A stretch of 64,000 nucleotides of DNA, taken from assembly GCA_038087875.1 (NCBI GenBank), contig CM075987.1, positions 12,710,001 through 12,774,000 on the forward strand, read 5' to 3'. The notes under the pieces are model-generated. The model saw nothing but the letters and a program-made list of their open reading frames with translations. It made no database searches and was not told the DNA's origin. The position numbers and the translations under genes were made by a program. Numbering within the stretch: the first letter of the stretch is position 1; the number at the start of each line of letters is the position of its first letter. This document shows positions 22,845 through 36,698 of this stretch, one piece after another. The DNA comes from Malacoraja senta (lineage: Eukaryota).

Positions 22845-23715
22845 TTTTTTTAATTTAAAAAAATATATATATATTTATTAGAAGTACATTACATTACAAC
22901 CACATACATTAGTACTCGTCACTTATATCTTCTTACAATTAATGTACTCCGTTTGTTTTTTACACTAGAAAAGGGAAAGGGTGAGATTGAGAGAAAGAAG
23001 AAGAAAGTGAAGGAAAAAGTGAAAGTGTAGAAAATGTGACAAGAAAGAACGAAGACCCTTTAAGAACAAAATTAAAAACAAAAGAAAAAGAGTTAAGAAA
23101 TAGACCCTAGAAAAGAAAGAGAAAGAGAAAGAGGGAAAAGAGAAAAACAAATAGTTTTTATGAGCATTACGCAATTGGGACATACCAACTCTCCAACTTT
23201 CATCCCCCCTTACCTGACCTTAGTTTTTTTTTTTAAGTACCTTTGCACCCTATTTTTGTAATAATTTTATAAATACAGACCACGTCAGGTGGAAGTGATC
23301 TGGTTTACCTGCCAGGAGGAGTCTTATCTCTTCTAGGTGTAATGTTTCGAACATATTTGAAATCCACATGTTTATAGTTGGTATTGGAGCCTTCTTCCAA
23401 AATTTTAGGATTAACTTTTTTCCGGTTATTAACCCGCAATCTATTAGTTTCTTTTGAAACACATTTAGTTCTGGACCATCTTCCGTTATTCCGAAGATAA
23501 TCCATTCTGCTTTGGGTATCAGTTTTATTTTAAATTATTTTGTAAAGATTTCGAAAATTTCAATCCAAAATTTTTGAATTTTTGTACAGAAAACAAATGA
23601 GTGTGTCTTACATTAATCGAACATTTATGCATGTTTAATAAGTGTTCATTCCACCTTTCCTTTGAAATTTTAATAGCTAACTCTTGTTCCCAGTCTCTTC
23701 TGATACCCTCCGCAT
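22845..23715 (-). mobile_element. L1/Tx1-type LINE 3' fragment
   Basis: ORF2 C-terminal-like peptides (KKLILKFWKKAPIPTINMWISNM...; RRDWEQELAIKISKERW), followed by a pyrimidine-rich 3' UTR, AATAAA and an A-rich tail. Confidence 0.8.
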
Positions 23716-26022
23716 GCTCAGAGTTGATGGGACACAGATGTATACTCAGAATCTCCAAAAATTCAGATACATTGAGGTAATATGAGACTCACACATATTA
23801 AAATACCCTAAAACAGTCAATCGACTGCTAATTAAATATAGGAAGATGAGATACATAGACAATAGGTGCAGGAGTGGCCCATTGACCCTTTGGGCCAGCA
23901 CCACCATTCAATGTGAACATGGCTGATCATCCGTGATTCCGCTAGCCCTAAGAGCTCTATCTAACTCTCTTTTGAACGCATCCAGTTAACCGGCCTTCAC
24001 TGCCTTCTGAGGCAGAGAATTCCACAAATTCACAACTCTGAGTGAAAAAGTTTTTCCTCTTCTGAGTTCTAAATGGCCTAATATTCTTAAACTGTGAACC
24101 CTGGTTCTGGACTCCCCCAACATCGGGAACATGTTTCCTGCATCTATCGTGTCCAAACCCTTAATAATTTTATATGTTTCTATAAGATTAGATACTCTCA
24201 GGCATTCAAATACACTGATGTACCCACACTCAGAGATAATCAGATACACAAGACTGTTTATCTACCTACTAGATATGCTCTCACATACATGTAGTTCCGC
24301 ATCCTCCCAGGTCTAGTGAAGATGCTCCCCAGAGCTGCTGTTCCAGGTTTCAGACCCAGCGACAGTGAAGACCAGCAACATATTTCCAAATCAGCATGGT
24401 GCGCAACTTAGAGGGGAACCTGCGGGTGGCGGTGCTCCCATCCACCTGTTGGCCTGATGGTGGTAGAGGTCATGGGTTTGTGAGGAGCTGTTGGTACAGC
24501 CTGGGTGATTAACTTGCAGTGCACTTGCAGATGGCACACATTGCAGCCACTGCGTGAAGGTGGGAATAAATGTTAAGGGTGTTAATGGGGGGGGGGGGGG
24601 GGGGGGGATCAAGTGGGTTGTTTGCCCTGGCTGGTGCTGAACCTCTTTAAGAATTGTGGAAGCTTTACTCAACAGCAATTAGACATCAGATAGGGGTGGG
24701 GGATTGCAACCTTCACAAATGCAATCTACCTGGCGTGCACAATCAAATAAGATCAAATACAACTTTTGGCTGTACACGCCATAGAAGAAGAAGAAGAAGA
24801 TATCAGACTTTGAGACCCAGGCATGTGGAAAGTCAAACTCTTGATGTGTACCTCTTGAGGTGGAAAGACTTTCAGATGTGAGGGGGGTGGGTCAACCACT
24901 GGATGATACCAAGCCACTGACCTGGTGTTATAACTATGGCGTATAGGTGACTAAGCGAGGACAGTCGCCTTGAGCATCAATCAGCATGGATGGTCCTCTA
25001 CGAGTCTATGACTCTGTATGAACAAAACATACCTGTGCAGTTGTGTAGGAAGGAACTGCAGATGCTGGGTTAAACCGAAGATAGACACAAAATGCAGAGT
25101 AACTCAGCGGGACAGGCAGCATCTCTGGAGAGAAGGAATGGGTGACGTTTTGAGTCGAGGCCTTCTTCAGACTGTGCAGTTTACCACTTTGTCAGAAGAG
25201 ACCTGTGTTCTCACCGTTTTGGAACACATGGTTTGTTCTGGAGTGCAGCTCTTCAGTACCACAGCTGAGATGGTCGCATAGACTTTACTGTACCCAGTGT
25301 CCTCAGCCATATCTTGACATCATGTGGCGTGACTCCATTTATCTGGAATCTGGCTTCAGTGGTGGTGGGGAGCTCAGGAGGAAGTTTGGGATGGATCCTC
25401 CACTCGGCAAATCTGGCTGAGTGTGGTTGCAAACGCTTCAGCCTTTCCATTAACACTCACATAGTGGGTCCCGCCATCAATGAGGATGGGGATCTTCCTG
25501 GGGCCTTGAAATGGTTCACCGCCACCCATTCACCACCAGGTAGTAGCACTGCCGAGCCTGCGACTGACCCATTGCTTGTGGGGTCACTTCGTTTTGTCCA
25601 CTGCATGCTGTTTTTTCTGTTTTGCACACATGTAATTCTGCGCTGGAGTTGCCAAATCTGGCACCTCATCATGGCTATACCTGGTAATTAGCAATTGCTT
25701 GTTGACCCAGGACTAATCTCTGGCTTGAAGGTAGTGTTAGAGTGAGAGATATGCCAGACCATGAGGTAATATTGTAATAATCCATAACACCCAACGGATG
25801 CCCAGTTTTCTTCTGAGTTTATCCCATGTAGCATGATTGGAGTGCAGTGAAGGCTTGTGAGCCTTGGTCATGAATTGTGAGCCTTGGTCATGAAACATGA
25901 CCTCTCAATCACTTTGTATAGCCCCAACAGTTACCTTGTCCTTCAGATTTGATTTAAAAATCTCTGAAGAGAAATCTTCAGAAACACTTCTCGTGTTACT
26001 CTTTCATGACGGGAACAATCTC

Positions 26023-26074
26023 TTTATTCACAATTAACAAGTGGTACAGAAAATGTTTTGGTAATTACTTTATT
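26023..26074 (-). terminator. Candidate EXD3 polyadenylation signals (two AATAAA)
   Basis: tttatt at 26023-26028 and 26069-26074, about 0.95 kb past the EXD3 stop in AT-rich sequence. Confidence 0.45.
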
Positions 26075-27005
26075 AGTAAAAATGCAGTACAATAACTTCA
26101 GTAAAAAGGAAAATCTATTTAAAACTTGCAATACCACCAACAGAAGCTGGTAGCAGAGCAGCTGGATTTAAAATGTGTGATCCAAAGTTCAATGTGAGAT
26201 CTATTAAACAGATAATTTAACAGAGGCTGGATGGGGAGAGTGGGGGTGACAGCAGGATGGAGAGAGGCAAGAAAGGGGAGTAAGACAGGGAGATAGGGAG
26301 AATGTGACAGGGAGAGCAGTGAGGTGGAGCAGGAGGGGGGGGGTTGCGGTGGGGAGTGGAATAAGGATAAAATGTATCTGCTCAATGGTGGATTGGGTCA
26401 ACAATACAATGCTGAGTGGGCTTGTTGGGCTAGGTGGGGCAAGTTAACTCAGGAGGAAGAGGAGGGGCGATCAGCAGGACAAAATAAGTTGGGTCTGGGG
26501 TTTGGGGCAGGGGGAGCTGTTGGACAATGGGACATGGCAAGTTGGGTCATTTGGAAAGTGAAGTATAGGTCAGTGGGACAGAGCAGGTTGTGTCAGTAGG
26601 GTGATTGAGTGACTCAGCTGTTTAGTTGGGTTGATGGAACTGGGTGGACGGTTTGGTTTAGATAATGATGAGTGGTTTGGATGGACTTGGTGGGTTGGGA
26701 TTAGTGAGATAGGAAGAAGTGTACCAGTGGCTCAGGGAAGAGTAGATCAATTGGACAGGGCAGAAAACAGGAAGATGTGGGTACCTGCGATGGGAAGGCC
26801 TGAGCTCGGATTGAATGCACCAAAAGATGGGGAAGAATATGGAAGATTTTTGGTGCTATGGTCTGACCAGCTTGATGAAATTCTTGAGGATGACTGATGA
26901 TCAGGCATGCCCAAAAATGAGCTTCGACAAGGTGCATTTTCTCTATGGAAGATGAAGGCTGGTACTCGGGTTACAAATAAACATCTGGCACAATATGAAG
27001 GAGGA

Positions 27006-27340
27006 TTACATTTGGAGATATGTTGAATCATTGGTAATGCGTAGCACTTCTTGGAACTGTGATAGCACACGCCGAAAATGGGAGCCTTCCCAGAACACTT
27101 TGCCACAGGTAGTGCAGCAGTAGAACCTGGTCACCTTGTCCAAAATACCAGGTGGAATGGTGCTCACCTGCAAAGATGCACCACTGGTAAACTTTAGGGT
27201 CTTCATGTTCAACCTTGACCTCTCTGCCCAGTGACAATTGGGAGAATACGAGCAGATGCCAGGCCAGCCAGGATCAATCTGCGGAAGGACCTTGTGTTTG
27301 CCTTGACTGGGGAACTTAACACTCTCTGTGGATGGAGTAT
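27006..27340 (-). CDS. EXD3: EXD3 terminal coding exon (Mut7-C zinc ribbon)
   Basis: Acceptor ttctttttttcattttctAG (27342-27341). Peptide ...YSPNCHWAERS...LQVSTIPPGILDKVTRFYCCTTCGKVFWEGSHFRRVLSQFQEVL... contains the FYCCxxCGKVFWxGSH motif of EXD3. TAA at 27006-27008. Position and strand next to NRARP match known synteny. Confidence 0.93.
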
Positions 27341-28562
27341 CTAGAAAATGAAAAAAAGAAACAAGAAGTATTTGGGAGCTGATACCATTTGCCAAAGAGT
27401 GTCAGGCTCTGTGCTATTGAACAAAAGAACGACCATTCAAATCGAGTGCACACATTGCCTGCTGTCCATTCTTGGAAACCCTCCAGTGCGCAATGCTTCC
27501 TCGCCCTTCAGGGACATCTGCATATCTTATCTCCTTTATTGGAAGCCAGTTTCCCTCTGGGATACCCAATTCTCAATGCCTTTGACCTCTGTAGGGCATG
27601 GTACATCTAACATCTCCCTTCTCTTTCTCTCAGGACAACTTATGCGCAGTGTCTTCATATCCTCTCCTCCAGCACACAGAGTATGCAATTCTCTAACGGC
27701 TCCGCTGGAACATATGCATGTTCTTCCTTCCTCTTCCTCTCCACCATACCTGCAATGCTTCCACTCCACTCCCCTCTGAACTGCTCTGTACACAAGTCAA
27801 CCCTTTTTGGGACATTCTGATTGCAACTTACCTCCTCCCTCCCAGACACCCCATGCATTACACCTCCCTCCCTCCCCAGGACAACCCAGATACAGCGCAA
27901 AGCCACCCCTTCCCATCCTGCCCCGGGAAGCCCTGCACATCTCTGTGCGGGGTCATCCCTCTCTCCTAGGAAGCCTGAGTATCTCCTCGCAGGAAGGACC
28001 GCATGCATCACGTAGCCTTACCTCAGTAGTAAAGTCCATATTTCCTCTCTTCCCTTCCCTTCCCCAAGATATCCTGTGTGCCAAACCATACTTCAGGGAA
28101 TCTGGTAGAACTGGCCTCCCTGTGACCATTCTCCTCGTCTCCATGCAAAATACCTTGCTTTGGCCCATCTCACTGTGGCTTCCTGTGAAAAGCAACATTT
28201 CCCAGGGGATGGCACCTTACAACTGCCCCCTTCCTCCAAGGAATTCCATGCTACTGTACCGACAATGGTGAGGCCTTCACTCGTCCCTTTCCCCTCCACC
28301 GCACATTTCCCCCATCTTCACAAACATTTAATTATAGCACCATTCTTCAAGGCTTCCTCTGCTCTTAGGGTTCCCATTCTGATCTACCCTTCCTGAAATT
28401 TCACATACTCCCTCACTGTTTGGAACCCAATGATTTGGACACCATCTGTCCCCCAAAAAATCTTCAAAATATCCAAGGACATCCAAGGCTCCCCCCCCCC
28501 TGCTCCCACCACAGGTCACACTTCAGAATCCACATCAAACTGATTCCATCCTCTCAGGATAC

Positions 28563-28656
28563 CTGAAGTCTCCGTCTTTCCTGCGGCAGCGTTTAACTGT
28601 ACAGCTTGTGCCATTTCCTCAACCGACAGCTTCAAATACTCAGACCCATTGCAGAG
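28563..28656 (-). CDS. EXD3: EXD3 (mut-7 homolog) penultimate coding exon, LCNGSEYLKLSVEEMAQAVQLNAAAGKTETS
   Basis: Acceptor ttctctttctgcAG (AG at 28658-28657), donor GTatcc (28562-28561). 94 nt, ends in phase 1, matching the next exon (G|AT = Asp). Peptide resembles the EXD3 segment xCNxxxYLK. Confidence 0.85.
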
Positions 28657-31600
28657 CTGCAGAAAGAGAAAGGGTTATTAGGTCCAGCATTCTGTGAGGA
28701 TCCACAAGATGGTTGCTGATGATCCTGAGTGCATAATTCATGGACAACTATGAAAGATACATTCAGGAACGAGGACACCAATGATTAAGAGACATTCAGA
28801 TAGGTGCATGAACATGAACGGAGGGATGCACACCATTTGCAGGCAGGTGGGATTAGTTTAAGTTGGCATTGTGGGTTGGCATTGTCATGGTGGGCTGAAG
28901 TGCCTGTTTCCGCGTTGTACTGTTCTATGTAACCAGTCACTAAAATTAACTACGACACCTTGAACGACATTTCATTACAACTATCTGCAGCTCCTGCCAA
29001 TAAAATCAGAGAAGCAGCAATAAGATTAACAGAGCACAGGAAATGTAGGCTGGTGGAACTGATTAAGTTTTAGTCTGGCCAGAATCTGTGGCAGGGTAAA
29101 ACTCACCAATGGTGCAGGAGGCATAGAGCCAGGGTGGTTTCCGTAATTACATTACTGACGGTGAATAAGATAGGTGATCTGTAGTCACCGACAGTGATGT
29201 GGAAGTATGATGGTGGAAAGAAAAATGAAAAATGGCTTAAAGAAAGCTCAGGACTGATTAATATTCAAGCATTCCAGAAAAGATAGGGGAAGGGAAGAGC
29301 AGTAGTGAGGCAGAAATGCTGATTCGGGACATTTTATAGAGCTGGGGAGAGATGATCAACAGCAGACTGCTTGTTTAGGATTGAGAAGAAGGGAGACCTA
29401 TATCACTGTGGGTATTCTACAGGCCTCCAAGTAGTGAGAAGGAGATGGAGGAGCAAAGTTGTGGGAAAACGACAGAAATGTGCAAGAACTATCGGGGGAT
29501 TTCAATTACCCCCCAATATTAGAGTGAAGGACAAAGAAGGGATGACTTTGTGAAGGTGTTCAGCAGAACCCCCTAGATCAGCATTTTCTAGCCCAAGTAA
29601 AAGGGAAGCATTGCTGGCTCTGGTTCTGGGAACATGGACAAAGTACCAGTGGGAGAACACATGTGAACCGGGGATTAGTAGACATTAATGCTTAGGTTAA
29701 TAAATGAAAAGCTCAAGGAGAAATTTATTTTGGAGTTGAGCTAAATTCAATGGGATGAGAAAGAATTATCCAGAAAAGTGAAAACAACTGTGTAAAATCA
29801 GAGAGAAACTAAGGATAATCATAAAGAGACGTTGTCAGGTCGAGAATGTTTACATTCTCACGAGGGAAAAGTTAAGGGAGACAAAGCCAGAGTATCCTGA
29901 ATGACAAAGGAAAAAGAGAAAATAGTGAAAGAGGAGGATTTCTGGCACAAGTCAGGTGAGTTGTCAATTTTGTGGTTCTCATTTGCTGATTTCTGAAATG
30001 TTCCCAATTGTTAAGCTTACTGCTTCTTTTTGGCAACATTATTGTTTTTTTTCCTCTGATCTAATGCAGTCTATATCTCTTGGCCACATTTTTCCTATTA
30101 GGTTTTTGTTCCTTAATTGGATATTCATTATAATCCATGCATTAATTCCTTAAATAGCAGCCAGGCTTCCTTTCTAACGTATCTTTTCAATGTAGTTTCC
30201 CAGTCAACTCATGCCTATACTTTTGTTGTCTGTTTGTTTAGATTTCACAATCTAATTTTTGGATGACCTATATCACTTTCAATTTTAGTCCTAATGTCCT
30301 TTAACTAGATTATTAGTTAACAGTGAACCACTAGTTAGTGCATTTGCCACACATTTCCTGTTGTCTGGGTTCATTCCTGACTTCAGCTGCTGTTTGTGAG
30401 GTGCTTGCATGTTCTTCCTGTGAATATGTGGGTTTCCTCCAGAATTGCCTATGCTCCATACCACAGACAAGTTAGTTGATGTATTAATCAGTGTGTAAAT
30501 TACTCTTGGTGTAGGTTGGCAGCAGGAGAATCAGGGTTGATGGGTGTGTGAAAGGAGATAGCTGCAAGCAATATCTCTCCACAGGCCCACGCTGTCCTTT
30601 ATTAATCAATGCCTCCTTACACGTGGATTCATGGTATGTCTCCAAAGTTTTTTCCCAATAATCTGGCAACCACCAATTGCTTGTAGTTAGATGTTTTAAT
30701 GCTTAATCCTCTGTAAATCCTGGTACACTATTAGGTGTCATATATAGTCCCTACAATTACAGAAGATTGGGCAAAGATAAACATGGCTTGTGTTATTTCA
30801 TAATTATAAATTTAGAGATAGGGAATCAGCACGGAAACAGGCCCTTCCACCCACTGACCATCCTCACACATTTCCTCCCAAGGGTTTCTTAAGAGTCTGT
30901 GACATACATTATACAGACCTAGCGACAAATTCATTTAAAAAGATGAATTATTAGTTAATTGTGCCCAACTTTTGTCACGCCTGTACATTATTTCTCTCCG
31001 GGTCATGTTGTATGAAGAGCTTTCTCTGTCCTGCACTGATAAAATACTGTGTGCTGTTGGCCACCTTGACAATGGTACAAAGGATTAAGAGTATATAATG
31101 GAATTATTGCTTGTGCTGAGTCTAAACATGTTGAAATGTTGAAAAGAATGAGGAACATTCATCACGAAGTCTTCAACAACATAATTGCTACACAGATAAT
31201 AAATCATGGATCAGACATAGGAACCTTACTGATTTTTCTTTACTGCATCTTGCACCTTGGCGCATCATGTCCACACCAACCATCAATTACCCAACGATAC
31301 CAATCCCATTTAACAGAGCTTCGTCCGTAGTCTTCTATGCCTTGGTGATTCAAATGCACACCTGGGATTCAATACAGTGCTGATAACCTAACAACCTCGG
31401 GACTTTTATAATGCCAGACTGACAGATTTTGTTCCTTTAAATATCCCAACACACTATTAATTCACAGGATCCTGGTGAGTTTAAAGAGGATGTGGGAAAC
31501 AGCATTCTGTGAACCAGATACTGAACCATCATAATTTCCAAACAACTGGATGGGGAATTATTGTCCACTTTTTTTTTTTTAAACATTCTTAACATTTTTT

Positions 31601-34600
31601 AACATTCTCCACCATCCATGGAGGTAATGTGTTCTACATTCCAATCACCCCTGGAATGAAAGATCAAGTTCAAATCAAGTTTATTGTCACATGCACAAGT
31701 ACGGTGAGATACAGGTACAATGGAAAATCTTGTAGCAGCAGGCACATAGACTCAAACACAAAAGCAAATGATACATAAATTACAGAAGATAGACACAAAG
31801 AGCTGAAGATTCTAGCAAGGAAGACGATCACAGGATGGCTGCTGAGGTGAGGCAGGGAAAACAGCACATGAATTGAAGGGTGTAGGAAAGAACTGCAGAT
31901 GCTGGTTTAAATCGAAGGTAGACACAAAATGCTGGAGTAACTCAGCGGGACAGGCAGCATCTCTGGAGACAAGGAATGGGTGACGTTTCGGGTCAAGACC
32001 CTTCCTCAGACTCAACACTATACTACAACACTATTCCAACACTAAATACAACTCTAAAAGAAAGACTGTGCAAAAACAAGACATTAACACAAAAACATAA
32101 TTAGAAAAAAACAACAAGTCCATAGCAATGCAAGAGATGGGCCGTAGTGTTTCATTATCGTGGCAGGATTAGGGACACGCAGATTGGGGTTCAAGAACGT
32201 GATTGTTGTAGGATTGTGTCTGTTCCTGAACCAGATGGTGTGGAACTACAGGCTTCTGTACGTCCTGCCCGGGGGTAGCAGTGACAAGAGGGCATGGCCC
32301 AGATGGTTGGGATCCTTTCAATTACCTATACCACTCATGACTTTGCACAACTCTGACAGATCCGCTCAGCTTCCTCTGCTCCAAGCAAAACAAAACCAGC
32401 CTATCAAGTATCTCAGAATAAATGAAGGGTTCCATCTCAGGTAACATCCTGGTAAAACACTTCTGCACCTCTCCAGTTCCCTGCCATGTGGTGACCACAC
32501 AGCAGTGACACAATCAAAGTTGCAAACCATTTCATCATAATCTCCATGATCTTATATTCCATGCACCAGATAATGAAGGCCAGTATTCTGTGCGCTTGAT
32601 AAAAATAAATGTCACCAAAGTGCATCAAATATCAAATTCCACCTGCCATTGCTCTGCCCAACCTACTTTAATGTTTTAGTTTTATAGATACAGCATGGAA
32701 ACAGGCCCTTCGTCCCACCGAGCTCACACCGACCAGCAATCTCCCGTATATTCGTTCTACCCTACAGACTGGGGACAAGTTACTGAAGCCAATTAACCTA
32801 CAAACCTGCACGTCTTTGGAATGTGGATGGAAAATGGAGATGGATATGGTCAGAGGGAGAATGTACAAACCCCGTAAAAAACAGCCCCGTAGTCAGGATC
32901 GAACCCGGGTCTCTTTGTGCAGAAAGGCAGTAATTCTACCACTATGTCACGGTGCCGCTTACATCATTATATAGGCTACCAGCTTCCTCCTCATTATCAA
33001 CACCACCAATTTTCATGCCATCGTCAAATAAGTCATAGGCTTCCAATCACTAAAAACAACAACTTTTCACCCAGCTGCTTCCTATCACCAAGAAAATTTT
33101 CGATTTAATTTTCTAAATTGACCAGGATCCGATGTGCTTCAACCTTTTAAAACAGTCTCCCATTTGGGCTGTTGTCAAATGCCTTTCAGAATGCCAAGTA
33201 GACCAGATTAATAACACTGCCCTCAACAAGATGTTATCTCTTTAATAAACTCAAATCAAATTGGTCAGCCAGGATCTCCCCCCTTGCAAGCCTTGCTGAC
33301 TATCTTTGATTATGCCTGCCTTTCAAAGTTTAAATTAAATCATTCTCTCAGAATGTTGCCAGCATGGTGTGGGTCATTGATGATTAACTGGCTTATCCCT
33401 GCTGCCCTTCTTGAATAATAATATAGTATTTGTTTTCCTCCAGACTTCAGGCACATCACTGATGTCTAGAAATTTAAAAATCTGTCAGGACCCCTGCAAT
33501 CTCCTCCTTTGCCTGGCATGCGTCGCATCAGGGCCTGGGGAAGTCATACAGCACGGAAAAAGGCCCTTCAGCGTAGCTTGCCCATACCAACAAGTTGGCA
33601 CTAGTGTAAATTTACTCTAGTCCCATTTGCCCACATTTGGCCCATATCCCTCCAAATCCTATCCATGTACCTGTCCAAATGTCTTTTAAATGTTGTTATA
33701 GTACCTCCTCTGGCAGTTCATTACCTCTGTGCGAAAAGTTGCCCCTGAAGTTCCTATTAAGGCTTTCCGCTCTCACCTTGAACCTAGTTCTCACCTGGTT
33801 CTTGAAACCTCTTACTCTGAGTAAAACACTCTGTGCATGTACCCTTAAGTATCTACCTGTTTGACCACTATGATATCCAATAACCCCCTTTTAATGATAA
33901 TATGTTTTAAAATGTTACCATCTCTCTTCCTGAATTCTCCAACTCCAATATCCTGTGCCCTAATGAACTAAAGTATCTATGAACTATATGTGTGACCTCT
34001 CCCACATCCTCTGGCTCCAAACATAGATTTATACTTTGGTCCCTAAGGGGCCTCATTTTTTCCATCTTTTTCCTCTTTTGAAATGTTTTGGAGTTTTCCT
34101 TAATTTTTCCTGCCAACGATATTTTATGGTCTTTATTTGTCCGCCTAATTCCTTTTCCAAGTACCCTTCTACACTTTCCACACTTCTAAAGGGCTTATGG
34201 GAATCCATGTGCTTCCAAAAGGCATTGGATGCAATACTCTAGTTGTGACTAACCAGTGTTCTGCAAGGGTATAACATGACTTTCCAGCTTCTGTAAAATA
34301 TGTCTCACGAATCTACTCACGTTACTAACTGCTCTCTCAGTAAGTCGGATCATTTACAATTCATGCATTTGTATGCCTAGGTTAGTTTTCATTCACTTTT
34401 GCAGGATCTGCGTACTATTGATAAGGCTTGCATCTATTGCTAGCTGCCTCACAGCAGATGATTGAGAGCTGTGTTTTTCAACCATTGAATTGCTTCAGCT
34501 GAAGATATTCCCACAGTCCTGTTGGTGAGGGAGTTCAAGGATTAAGATCGAGCAACAATGAAGAACCAGTGTTATATTTCTCAGTCAAGGTGAAGTGCAA

Positions 34601-35087
34601 GCTGCACCACGGTGATTCTCCCATGCCCCTGATGACTTTGGTGTTGCAGGACTGTGGGTTTGGGTGCTGTTAGGGTAGCCTTGGCAAGTAACTGCAGTGC
34701 ATTTTGTAGATCGTATACTGCAGCCATTGTGTGTTAGTGTGGAGCAAATGGATGTTTACGGTGATGGATGGAGTACAATCAAGTGGGATGCTTTGTCCTG
34801 GACGATGTCAAGCTTCTTGAATGCTGTTGTTGCTGCACTCATAAGAACAAAGACACTAGCAGCAGGAGTGAACCATTTGGCCCTTTGAGCTTGCTCCACT
34901 ATTGATCAAAATCACGACTGACCTACCACAGTGCAATTTTCCGGCCACATCCCCACATCCCTTAAATGCCTTAATGTCCAGAAATCCCTTGATTTCTGTT
35001 TTGAATGAACTCAATGACTGGGCCTTCACCGACCCTGTGAGGTAGAAATTCCAAAGATGCATCAATCTGGGTGAAGAAATAGCTGTA

Positions 35088-36425
35088 CATCCCTCTGTAA
35101 TGTTTGGGACAAAGACTTATCTTTTATTTATTTGCCTCTGTACTCCACAATTTGAGATTTGTAATAGAAAAAAATCACATGTGGTTAAAGTGCACATTGT
35201 CAGATTTTATTAAAGGTATGTAGAAATTACAGCTGTGTTTATACATAGTCCTCCCATTTAAGGGCACCATAATGTTTGGGACACAAGGCTGCACAGGCAT
35301 TTGTAATTGCTCAGGCGTTTTTAATTGCCTCCTAATGCAGGTATAAGGGAGCTCTCAGCACCTTGTCTTTCCTCCAGTCTTTCCATCACCTTAGGAAACA
35401 TTTATTGCTGTTTATCAACATGAGGACCAAAGTTGTGTCAATGAAAGTCAAAGAAGCCATTATGGGACTGAGAAACAAGAATAAAATTGTTAGAGACATC
35501 AGCCAAACGGCTGATGTCTCTAACAACGGCTGACCAAAATCAACTGTTTTGAACATCATTAAGAAGAAAGAACGCACTGATGAGCTTACTAATCGCAAAG
35601 GTACTGGCAGGCCAAGGAAGACCTCCACAGCTGATGACAGAAGAATTCTCTCTATAATAAAGAAAACAAAAACACCTGTCCGACATATCAGAAACACTCT
35701 TCAGGAGTCAGGTGTGGATTTGTCAATGACCACTGTCCGCAGAAGACTTCATGAACAGAAATACAGAGGCTACACTGCAAGATGCAAACCACTGGTTAGC
35801 TGCAAAAATAGCATGGCCGGGTTACAGTTTGCCAAGAAGTACTTAAAAGAGCAACCACAGATCTGGAAAAAGGTCTTGTGGACAGATGAGATGAAAATTA
35901 ACTTATATCAGAGTGATTGGAAAGAGCAAGTATGGAGGAGAGAAGGAACTGCCCAAGATCCAAAGCATACCACCTCATCTGTGAAACACGGTGGTGGGGG
36001 TGTTTGGCCTGGGCATGTATGGCTGCTGGAGGTACTGGCTCACTTATCTTCATGGATGATACAACTGCTGATGGTAGTAGCATAATGAATTCTGAAGTGT
36101 ATCGACACCCAGCAACTGGTGATGTCCATGAATCGCAGACTTCAAGCAGTCATTGCATGCAAAGGATATGCAACAGAATACTAAACATGACTTTTATTTA
36201 CATGACATTGCTGTGTTCCAAACATTGTGGTACCCTGAAATGGGGGGACTATGCTGTAATTTCTATTTGGTGAAACCAAAATGCATAAAAATGGCCTTAA
36301 TTAAAATCTGACAATGTGCACTTTCACCACATGTGATCTTTTTCTATTAGAAATCTCAAATTGTGGCATACAGAGGCAAATAAATAAATGATGGGTCTTT
36401 GTCCCAAACATTAGGGGGGACACTG
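35088..36425 (+). mobile_element. Tc1/mariner DNA transposon, IR/DR type, internally deleted and defective
   Basis: TA at 35086-87 and 36426-27. About 200-bp TIRs each carry two copies of a TAATGTTTGGGACA-like motif. Transposase remnant with GRPRKT, HTH and VLWTDE...SVKHGGG motifs (ORF 35549-36085), disrupted by stops and frameshifts. Confidence 0.95.
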
Positions 36426-36569
36426 TATCAGTCCTAAATGGCCTGAAACTGTGGCCCTAGTTATGTTGCTTTTTATTGAAATGACTGTATGGCAAATGAA
36501 ATTCCTCATTTTTGCAAAATATTCTTGGCTAATAAAGTATTATTCTGATTCTGATTATTATAATTATGA

Positions 36570-36698
36570 TCTTCTTCTTCTTGCGTATGGCGTGCACAGC
36601 CTAAAGTTGTAGGACAACTTGTTCTATTTGATCTTATTTGATTGTGCCGCATTCGTCGAAACAGGGCGGACCACGTGAAGGTTGCAATCTTCCACCCC
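36570..36698 (-). mobile_element. Short non-autonomous retroelement with (AAG)n tail; second copy at about 24693-24800 (+)
   Basis: Both copies share GGGGTGG..GATTGCAACCTTCAC...CACAATCAAATAAGATCAAATA...GGCTGT.CACGCCATA...(AAG)n. Confidence 0.7.
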
